DNA of 64,000 nucleotides from Ostreococcus lucimarinus (Eukaryota): NCBI GenBank assembly GCA_000092065.1, contig CP000583.1; one strand, 5' to 3'. Shown piece by piece: positions 50,314 to 58,379 of this stretch (position 1 is its first letter; each line of letters starts with the position of its first letter). The notes under the pieces were generated by a model. It saw only the letters and a program-made list of their open reading frames with translations, ran no database searches and was not told where the DNA came from. The position numbers and the translations under genes were made by a program.

Positions 50314-51495
50314 TCAATCACTCTCGAGCACGTTCTCAAACTCTCGCGGCATCACGGTGCCGTTTCGACCCTTAAATTTCCCTAAAACTCCTCGCTTGCC
50401 GCCCGCCACGCTCTCCAACATTTCGCCGCTTCCAGTCGCGTCGACCCAAAACGCGCCCTCCACGAGTTTGTGCGGACTCCACTCGAAACCCGCGCGCTCG
50501 CCCACGGATTTCGTCGCCGTGACAAACTCTTCACGAGTCGGTCTCGGCTCACCCGTTCCTCGCTTCGTCGCGCTGAGAACGACGTTCACCGGCGACTCCA
50601 TGACGGGAAAGCTACACACCGGTCCGATCCACCGCTCGAGTCGCCGAGCAAAGTCCCGCACCGCCTCTCGGGCCGGTGACCCTCGCACACCGTTAAACAT
50701 ATTCAACACTAAGCTACCATCCGATTTGAGCGCCTCGCCGCACGTCTGAAGAAACGCGTCTTCGCTGAGATGACTCGGAATCTCGCCCGCGCCGTCGAAC
50801 GCGTCGACGAAGACGATATCCAAACCATCGCGCCGACGCAAAACGCTCGCGCAATCCCCCAACACCACTCGCATCATCGACGTTCCTTCACGGCTTCCAC
50901 TCTCGCTCTCGCGCGCGTCCACGAACCCTACTTTCAAGTGCTCCCTCGCCACGTCCGCGACCAAAGGATCGATCTCGCACACCTCGACGTCGCACGCCGC
51001 GAATTTCTTCTTCGCGAACGCCGGCGCCGCCCCCGATCCCAAGCCGACGTAAAACAGCCTTCCATTCGCGGTCACTAAATCCAGTCCCTTGCGCGCGCAC
51101 AGCCCGATCGACGCCGCCGTCATCACGCGCAGGTATTCGTACGGCAGCGCGTCGGCGTCGGCGCCCGCGTCGCCGACGTACGTCAGCCCTTGTTCCACCT
51201 CGTTGAACCGCAGCGAGCGCCAGGGTCCGAACGCCGCGACGCGCACGTTCCCGTTCATCGCGCTCGCGCGCTCGAACACCGTGCGCTCGTCGCGCGGGTC
51301 CCATTCCAAGTACGCGCGCTCCGACCTCGCAAAGTCCCCGCTCCATCGATTCAGCGCGCGTTCGGCGCGATCGAGGTCGATCCATCGCGCGCGCGCGCGC
51401 GCGGACGCGCGACGACGTCCGCACGATGGATCTCGCGCGTCGACGACGCGAACGAACGCGCGGTGCGCGCGCGGAAGCGCCGAGAGCGCGCGCAT
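50314..51495 (-). CDS. Class I SAM-dependent methyltransferase, spermidine/spermine-synthase-like fold
   Basis: ATG at 51495. GRLFYVGLGSGAAPAFA (motif I), then CDVEVCEIDPLVADVAREH (acidic post-I), then LDIVFVDAFDGAG...PSHL and GSLVLNMF. This pattern is typical of PABS-like methyltransferases. Confidence 0.72.
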   Translation of the reverse strand: MRALSALPRAHRAFVRVVDARDPSCGRRRASARARARWIDLDRAERALNRWSGDFARSERAYLEWDPRDERTVFERASAMNGNVRVAAFGPWRSLRFNEVEQGLTYVGDAGADADALPYEYLRVMTAASIGLCARKGLDLVTANGRLFYVGLGSGAAPAFAKKKFAACDVEVCEIDPLVADVAREHLKVGFVDARESESGSREGTSMMRVVLGDCASVLRRRDGLDIVFVDAFDGAGEIPSHLSEDAFLQTCGEALKSDGSLVLNMFNGVRGSPAREAVRDFARRLERWIGPVCSFPVMESPVNVVLSATKRGTGEPRPTREEFVTATKSVGERAGFEWSPHKLVEGAFWVDATGSGEMLESVAGGKRGVLGKFKGRNGTVMPREFENVLESD

Positions 51496-51660
51496 GGATG
51501 TGTCGAATTAACGGCATTAATGCGCGCGGCGTTCGCGCGACGCGCGGCGCTCCGCGTCGTCGCCGCGCGCGGTCGAGGGCGCGCGAATGAGGTCGGCGCG
51601 AAAATCACGGCGATCCCTCCTGACGAGCGCGAAAATCACGGCGGCGCGCGCGATCGACAG

Positions 51661-51914
51661 GCGTGGACGTGAGCATGAACACGCACCTGAAGCAGGTGAA
51701 GCTCACGCTCAAGGGTAAAAACCCGACGGCGGTCGAACACCTGAGCGTTCGAGGGAACACGATTCGGTATTACATCCTTCCGGACTCTTTGAATCTGGAC
51801 ACTTTGTTAGTAGACGACACGCCCAAGCAAGGGAAACCGCGCGCGAAGGCGGCGGCGAGCGCCGGTCGAGGGCGCGGTCGCGGTCGAGGGCGCGGGCGCG
51901 CGCGGCCGACGTAG
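51661..51914 (+). CDS. SMD1: Small nuclear ribonucleoprotein Sm D1, 3' exon only (5' exon not located)
   Basis: (G)[52 protein letters not shown]...[16 protein letters not shown] aligns from residue ~31 of human SNRPD1 ([52 protein letters not shown]...GRGRGRGRG). The track ORF starts on GTG right after acceptor GATCGACAG| (51658-51660), with CTGAC upstream. The coding sequence for the first ~30 residues (MKLVRFLMKL...GTITG) is not found within the 165 bp upstream. Confidence 0.8.
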
Positions 51915-52210
51915 TCGGTCCGCCGTCGGCGTCCGAGCGCGTAGTATATAAAAAATGTCAGCAAATAAAGCGACGACACGCGCAACTGCTCCTTTGCGCG
52001 CGTCACTTGTTAGACCCGTCCCTTACCGACGGGGTTGTTTGTAGGACGCACATTTGCTTTCAAGAATCGCACGCGAATTGGCTTCAATCTCCTTCGGCCT
52101 AGGACTTCGAGGCCTCGGACCCCATCAGGTAGAGATACGCTTAGCAGTGGAACGCTGAACGCATCAGGCGGTGAGACAGTTAATTCATTCTGAATTACTA
52201 AATTTCCGCG

Positions 52211-55200
52211 CTACAGTACGGACTCAAGAGACCGGTTGGGGGGCAGCAGATCAGCCATTTCGCTCTTCAAACGCTCGAGAGCGTCCGCGTACGAAATGTG
52301 CGCGTTCTCTGTCTTTTTGCTCAACAACCTCCGCCAGCGAGCAAACAATGCCTCCAACGTTCGGGCACTACGAACGTAAGGAAGCACGACTTCCCACACG
52401 TACCGCATATTTTCCGTGCCCAGCCAGGTTGTTCTGTCCACCTGGAACGCACCCGCGCCGCCGCCTTTTTCGGCGAGCGCGGCCAAGGCGAACGCGATGA
52501 CGGCGTCTTCGAGGTCCGACCACATAAGATCGCCGGACCGCGTCTCGCCGTGCTCGTCGATGAGTCGCTTCGCGTTCTCGAGGAGCGCCTTGGCCTGAGC
52601 GTCGAGCGTCGCTTTTTTGTCCCTCTCTTTGGGCTCGATGTCCTCGTACTTCGCCGTTTCGCTCTTCAAACGCTCGAGAGCGTCCGCGTACGAAATGGAA
52701 TTGTTCTCTGTCTTTTTGCTCAACACCTTCCGCCAGCGAGCACACAATGCCACCGGCATTCGGCCACTACGAACGTAAGGAAGCACGACTTCCCACACGT
52801 ACCGCATATTTTCCGTGCCCAGCCAGGTTGTTCTGTCCACCTGGAACGCACCCGCGCCGCCGCCTTTTTCGGCGAGCGCGGCCAAGGCGAACACGATGAC
52901 GGCGTCTTCGAGGTCCGACCACATAAGCTTGCCGGACCGCGTCTCGCCGTGCTCGTCGATGAGTCGCTTCGCGTTCTCGAGGAGCGCCTTGGCCTGAGCG
53001 TCGAGCGTCGCTTTTTTGTCCCTCTCTTTGGGCTCGATGTCCTCGTACTTCGCCGTTTCGCTCTTCAAACGCTCGAGAGCGTCCGCGTACGAAATGGAAT
53101 TGTTCTCTGTCTTTTTGCTCAACACCTTCCGCCAGCGAGCACACAATGCCTCCGACGTTCGGGCACTACGAACGTAAGGAAGCACGACTTCCCACACGTA
53201 CCGCATATTTTCCGTGCGCAGCGCGGTTGTTCTGTCCACCTGGAACGCACCCGCGCCGCCGCCTTTTTCGGCGAGCGCGGCCAAGGCGAACGCGATGGCG
53301 GCGTCTTCGAGGTCCGACCACATAAGATCGCCGGACCGCGTCTCGCCGTGCTCGTCGATGAGTCGCTTCGCGTTCTCGAGGAGCGCCTTGGCCTGAGCGT
53401 TTAGCGTCGCCTCCGTACTCGCCCCCACTTCAGGGCGGAGCACGTATTTTTCAGCAATGCTCGCGTACTTGGCGTCGTATGTGTCTCCGTTCGCCGCGGC
53501 GAGAAGAACGCCAAAAATCAGGCGACGCATGTTCAATTGTTTGCCCGCGCGTGCGTCGACATCGCTGTACGCAGCCGCGAAGTTCTCTTTCGAGAATTTT
53601 GCGACATCGACTTTTTTGTCCGTCGATTCCATGCGACTTCGCCAGAACGTTATGAACCATGTGATTGGGGCGGACAAGCCCCCTCGAAGCAACTCTCGTA
53701 ATTGTCGTGCATTGATTGCGTCACTCTCGCGGGCGGATGCGGTTTCCACGCGCGCTACCGAACGCGCTTCCTCGGGTGAAAGCGTACCCTCGGCGCTGTG
53801 AATCAAAACGAGTAGTGAACGCAGCGCCTGCGGATACCGAATCCAATGAGCGACGAGTCGTCCGCTCAAGGCGTCACCGTACTGTGATGTCTTCGTGTGC
53901 ATCTTCGTGATCCTATATAGCTCCATGTAGACCGCCTTACTTGGCAGAATTATTTCTGCGTCGCGAAACCAAATTTCCAGCGCCGCTTCGAGACGGTCGG
54001 GTTGGCTTCGGCAAGCTTCTCCCAGGAACGCCGTAAGGAATTCCTTGTTACCCAGCGAATCGATGAGAGCGCGCGCATGACCGCCGTTTGCGTCAAAACG
54101 GAGCAAGTCTCGAAATAACGAGAGGATTGCGCCGTCTTCAATGTCGCACGCCTTCTCGTCGCCGCCGAAGAAGCGCGCCGTGAGCGACCGCGAGGACGGC
54201 TGCGCGCCCGATCCATTTCCGTTCGAGACCGCCTCGGCGCCCGCCAAAAGATCGACAAAGGCACTCCAAAAGTTTTGCGTGAAGAAAACGAGCAGCCGAT
54301 TTACTAGGTCAGGCGAGACTGTCGAGTCGGCAAAGATCGTCTCGTGACGTGCGAGCACTATGCTGCTCATGGTGCGTACCGCAGTCGCGGCGCGGTCGGT
54401 GTCTTCTCCGTAACAGCGCAGCACCCACGGGTTTGTGGCGAAGCCGGCAGTGTCTGCCATGGAGACGACCGGCACCTTGCGGTGACCGGCGATGCGAATG
54501 CCCGGCGTCGCTCGGTTCAAGGCCCACGTCGAACCCAGCTCGATCCACGTTTTCAGAAAATAGGTCCAGACTATTTCAACAAACATTCCATCGAACGCGC
54601 CCAGAGCAGCGAGCGCGTGCATTCGTACGTATTTCGGCTTGTTCGACTTGTGCGTCGCGCGGTACTCGAGGACAAAGGCCACGAATGCGCTGAGCAGTCG
54701 TCCCATTCGACGTCTCGTCGGGTGAGTGATGGCGTGGAACCGGACGTTGGCGTCGACGATAGGTTCCCAGCACTTTGATGGATTGCCGCTCACCGTGAAG
54801 TCGACGTAACGGACGAGCGTGTTGTCTCTCGCTCGAATGTGCGCTTGCTGCGCGTTGTCGCCGTCACTAATGAGGTAGTTTCGATGCTCTCCCAAGCGTG
54901 TTGAAAACCAGCGCTCCGATTCGCCGACGTACGCGCCTTCATCGGACCGCACCAGCCACACGTACGCGTTGACCGGCTCAGCGTACAACCTCGCCTTCAG
55001 GTCGCCGCGCGAGTCGCGATGTTCTCGAGACTTCAACCAATTCGATAACGTTCGTAGGTGCTCCATGAGTTCTAGCGCCCCCGACTTGTCGTCACCCAGC
55101 GTCTCGCCGACGTCGTAAAATTGCTCCACAAAAAAAGCCGGGACGTGCGTCGTACTAAAGTACGTGTGGCGCCAGGTTGACGTGTCCGCTAGATGTCCCG

Positions 55201-56821
55201 CAACTGAGGCGTCTTGAGTATCTCTGCGCTGCGCGCCGATGATGTCGCCGCTGAGCGTTTGGATGGGTGTGTCGGCGCCGCTCACCCAGCCAGGCACGCG
55301 AGCGACTTCTCGTAGGAAGGATTTGATGCTTTCGTCGCTGGCATCCTTCGGGTCGAAGGCGTCCTTGAATCCAACGAGAGGGAAGCACTCGCAGCGGTCG
55401 AGAAAAGTTAACATGGCGTCCTTCGCCTTGGACATGTTGTCCCCATCGGCGAGCCACTGCTCGGCGTCGAGCACGAACTCCTCTAAAACGGGAGACAAGT
55501 TCGCCTCGAAGTGGACGTCAAGCACCCCGCGAATCTTTGCGTTTGCGTCGTACATAGCCTTCGCGCTCCCTGCGATCGCGGGACCTACGAATCGTCGCGC
55601 GCGCGATTCCAGCGAATCATCTGAAACCTCCACCGCCGGCGCCGGGGACGGCGTCGCCGGTTTATGGGTTTGGCGACAATGGTCTAGAATTTCGCGTCGC
55701 CAATCGGTCATCTTAATAGAGCCGAATTTGGCGCGCACGTGCGCGACCTCTGCCCCTTCCCCTTCCTTCTCCTCTTCCCCTTCTTCTTCCCCTTCCCCTT
55801 CGTCTTCGTGTTCGTCTTCGTCTTCGTGTGCATCTTCGTCTTTGTCTTCGACGAATCCGTCTGCGAGTGGGGCGAACAAGTTACCGCGCGACTTGGCGCG
55901 ACGACGCGGGCGACACGCCCGCCCCGTGTGCAACTCTCGTACCGTGCCACCCGGCGACTGCTCGTGCTGCGCATCACTCTCGGCGTAGGTCGGCGAGGCG
56001 TGAAATTGTGCGGCTCGCTTGCCTGTCGCCGCCAGGATCGGAGGACTCTGCGGTTCGTCGTCACCGACCGCGTGCGCTGATGCCATCATTCGACACAAGG
56101 CGACGTCCATCGCCGTTCTCTCAATGATTTGGTCCGCATCGGCGCGGCCGCGCAACATCGCTCCGAGCGTGCCCTGAACGTCGTTCCGAGCTCGTTGAAG
56201 CGTCTCTTCGTCGGGTTCGTCGGGTTCGTCGGGTTCGGCGGGCGCGGTGCGCGGTTCGATCGATTCGTAGTGCATCTGCGCACGCTCGCCACCGCTGAGA
56301 ACGAGCGTTACGTCGATCGTAGCCTCTTCCGGCTCGATGATGACGTCGGCGTCTCCGTCGGGCGTCGCAGACAAACTGTCCGATATTACGCGCACGCGCA
56401 TCTTGTGCACGTCGGCCAACGCCATGAGCGAGAATTCGTCGCCCCACTTGCCCCCGAGCTGACCCAGGCTTGCGCACTCGGCCAGAAACTCCTCGCGTAT
56501 CTCACCCTCACTGAGATCTTCACGTCCTGCACCGTTCGCTGTATCGAGAAAACCGATGCGCACCGGCACTATATCGTCGTCGTCGACGCGACGCTCCAAC
56601 CAGGCCGCGGCTTGGTGGCGTAAAAGTTCCACCGACACTTCGCGTTCGGGATCGGTTCGTCCTATGGCGGCGACAATCGCGTGGAACTGGCAGTCGCCCC
56701 CGCCCTCGGTGGTGACTCTCTGGACGCGCTCACGGATGAGGCGCCGCTCCAACCGACCTAGTCGCGCTTCGCCGTAGAGGCGCGGGTGACGTTTTCCCCA
56801 CTCCGCGAGAACGTCTGCCAT
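52211..56821 (-). CDS. Large multidomain protein: N-terminal OTU cysteine-protease domain, acidic linker, GIY-YIG nuclease-like core, helical region, three tandem Myb/SANT/trihelix-like modules
   Basis: Uninterrupted 4.6-kb ORF; the track start 56854 is GTG and the first ATG is 56821. OTU motifs: TTEGGGDCQFHAIVAAI (Asp-x-Cys), WGDEFSLMALADVHKMRVRVI, AQMHYESI (His). GIY-YIG-like core: AYVWLVRSDEGAYVGESERWFSTRLGEHRN. Three 133-aa modules carry LMWSDLEDAVIAFALA...W...YVWEVVLPYVRS..T.EAL.ARWRKVLSKK. Start and possible upstream exon are uncertain. Confidence 0.8.
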   Translation of the reverse strand: MADVLAEWGKRHPRLYGEARLGRLERRLIRERVQRVTTEGGGDCQFHAIVAAIGRTDPEREVSVELLRHQAAAWLERRVDDDDIVPVRIGFLDTANGAGREDLSEGEIREEFLAECASLGQLGGKWGDEFSLMALADVHKMRVRVISDSLSATPDGDADVIIEPEEATIDVTLVLSGGERAQMHYESIEPRTAPAEPDEPDEPDEETLQRARNDVQGTLGAMLRGRADADQIIERTAMDVALCRMMASAHAVGDDEPQSPPILAATGKRAAQFHASPTYAESDAQHEQSPGGTVRELHTGRACRPRRRAKSRGNLFAPLADGFVEDKDEDAHEDEDEHEDEGEGEEEGEEEKEGEGAEVAHVRAKFGSIKMTDWRREILDHCRQTHKPATPSPAPAVEVSDDSLESRARRFVGPAIAGSAKAMYDANAKIRGVLDVHFEANLSPVLEEFVLDAEQWLADGDNMSKAKDAMLTFLDRCECFPLVGFKDAFDPKDASDESIKSFLREVARVPGWVSGADTPIQTLSGDIIGAQRRDTQDASVAGHLADTSTWRHTYFSTTHVPAFFVEQFYDVGETLGDDKSGALELMEHLRTLSNWLKSREHRDSRGDLKARLYAEPVNAYVWLVRSDEGAYVGESERWFSTRLGEHRNYLISDGDNAQQAHIRARDNTLVRYVDFTVSGNPSKCWEPIVDANVRFHAITHPTRRRMGRLLSAFVAFVLEYRATHKSNKPKYVRMHALAALGAFDGMFVEIVWTYFLKTWIELGSTWALNRATPGIRIAGHRKVPVVSMADTAGFATNPWVLRCYGEDTDRAATAVRTMSSIVLARHETIFADSTVSPDLVNRLLVFFTQNFWSAFVDLLAGAEAVSNGNGSGAQPSSRSLTARFFGGDEKACDIEDGAILSLFRDLLRFDANGGHARALIDSLGNKEFLTAFLGEACRSQPDRLEAALEIWFRDAEIILPSKAVYMELYRITKMHTKTSQYGDALSGRLVAHWIRYPQALRSLLVLIHSAEGTLSPEEARSVARVETASARESDAINARQLRELLRGGLSAPITWFITFWRSRMESTDKKVDVAKFSKENFAAAYSDVDARAGKQLNMRRLIFGVLLAAANGDTYDAKYASIAEKYVLRPEVGASTEATLNAQAKALLENAKRLIDEHGETRSGDLMWSDLEDAAIAFALAALAEKGGGAGAFQVDRTTALRTENMRYVWEVVLPYVRSARTSEALCARWRKVLSKKTENNSISYADALERLKSETAKYEDIEPKERDKKATLDAQAKALLENAKRLIDEHGETRSGKLMWSDLEDAVIVFALAALAEKGGGAGAFQVDRTTWLGTENMRYVWEVVLPYVRSGRMPVALCARWRKVLSKKTENNSISYADALERLKSETAKYEDIEPKERDKKATLDAQAKALLENAKRLIDEHGETRSGDLMWSDLEDAVIAFALAALAEKGGGAGAFQVDRTTWLGTENMRYVWEVVLPYVRSARTLEALFARWRRLLSKKTENAHISYADALERLKSEMADLLPPNRSLESVL
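52257..53400. repeat. Near-perfect tandem repeat, period 399 bp, about 2.9 copies, inside the 3' end of the large ORF
   Basis: The anchor TTTCGCTCTTCAAACGCTCGAGAGCGTCCGCGTACGAAAT recurs at 52257, 52656 and 53055. The track shows the same antisense and alternate-frame ORFs shifted by exactly 399 (52368..52745 vs 52767..53144; 52416..52598, 52815..52997, 53214..53396). Only a handful of substitutions separate the copies. Confidence 0.95.
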
Positions 56822-58379
56822 GCCTCCCCGCCTCGTCTCCGCCTCGTCTGTCACGCTTCCCCGTTCCGTCGGATGCGAAAACTTTCAAGAATGTGTTTTG
56901 ATATCACCCTTCTTTCCAGGGTAGAAACGCGCGTCAGTCGCGTCGTCGTCGTCGCCGCCTCGCGCGAACCTCGCGCGAACGTGTCCCTTCGCCTCCGAGG
57001 ACGCAATCGCTCGTGCGCGCGCGCGTTCGTCGCCGCGCGCGTTCGCCGCGGACGCGGCGGAGAGAACGCACGACGTTTTTCGTGACACGCGCTCGACACG
57101 CGCGCACCGCTCGCGCGCTTCCGACGCGCGCGTGGGCGGTTTCGAGCGCGCGGCGCGATCGTCCCTCGTTTCTCCGTAACGCATCGACGCTCGAGATGCG
57201 CGAACGAGACGCACGACGACGTACCGCTACCGCTACCGCTGCCGCAACCGCTATCGCGTACGCGCGCTCGCTGCGTGCTCGCTTCTTGCAATCGCGAGAA
57301 AGTGCGGCCACGAACGAGCGCCGGGTTCCTTCTGGATGAAAACGCCGATTCGTTGACCCGCCCGCCTCCCTTTTTCTGTTTTTTGCTTTTCGCCGCGATG
57401 TTTTCGCGCTTGAGAACCCGAAGCCGAGGACCGCGCCGAATCGACGCTCGCACGGGCGCCGACGCGCGTCGATCGGCGCGGCGCGATCGCGCAATCGCGC
57501 GAACGCGCGTCGACGCGCGTTCGTCGACCCCGCGATCGCGCGAACGGACGCGCGCGCGCGCGAACGCGCGCCATTCCCGACGCTCGCGCGTCGTTAACAA
57601 CGTCGCGTTCTTCGCACGCGCGCGTGGATTCGCGCGACGTGCGACGTCGGGCGCGCGCGAGCGCGCGCGACACGCGTCGATGACGGCATCGCGCGCGCGC
57701 CGACGCGCGCTGGACGCGCGGCGCGCGGAACGCGCGCCGTCGTCGCGAGTAATGTCGCGAATCGCCGCGCGCGGCGACGCGCGCGCGGCGTCGCACACGC
57801 GGGTGTGCGCGCCGTCGCACAAAGCGCTCGGCGACGCATTATACGAGCGGCGCGTCGGCGCGACGCCGCGTCGCGCGCGGTCGCGGACGAGCGCGTGCGA
57901 GCGGGGCGTTCGGAAGCGTGACGGGTGCGGACGCGTCGCGCGCGTCGTTCGCGCGGATGCGCGCGCGCGCGACGCGACGACGCGCGCGCGAATGTACGAC
58001 GATCGATTCGCGACGCTCGCGCGACGCGCTGGGCGTCGCGCGAGCGCCGCGCGGACGCGCGCTCGAGCGCGATGCGCGCGGCGATCGCGAAGACGAAACC
58101 TCGCTCGATCGCGCGCGCGCCTCGAACGCGCGCGCGCGTTCGGCGCCGAACGCGCAGCGCGCTGTGTCGCGCGCGCGCGGACGCTCGACGTGCAGATCGC
58201 CGCGCGCGCGATAAGGGTAAGTTCGTCGCGCGCGCGTCGGACGACGCGCGCGCGGCGATTTTCCGTGCGCGCGACGCGCGTTTCGCGCGTAGCGGCGCGC
58301 GCGGCGCGCGCTTCGACCGCGAAGCGCTCGATGCGCGCGCGCGCTCGAGCGAGGTTGCGTCTTCGCGACGCGCGCGACG

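Noticed and set aside
51494-51511. Mini-ORF ATG GAT GTG TCG AAT TAA (MDVSN*), which resembles the VDVSMN start of the SmD1 exon and might be a relic of exon structure.
   Set aside because: It is only five codons, in the wrong position and phase to splice to 51661. Its ATG is offset by 1 nt from the CAT (51493-51495) of the minus-strand methyltransferase start (GCGCATGG). It is most likely coincidence.
51915-52210. The 296-bp AT-richer interval between SmD1 and the giant ORF contains a small hairpin (CCCGTC-CCTTACC-GACGGG at about 52016-52034). I screened it for snRNA/snoRNA-like features.
   Set aside because: I found no Sm site, no U1/U2/U4/U5/U6 signature strings and no box C/D or H/ACA pattern. 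It is most simply the two convergent 3' UTRs.
52257-53400. Considered whether the 399-bp and 30-bp arrays could be CRISPR-like repeat-spacer structures.
   Set aside because: The units abut directly with no unique spacers. The 399-bp array is in-frame coding sequence. The genome context is eukaryotic.
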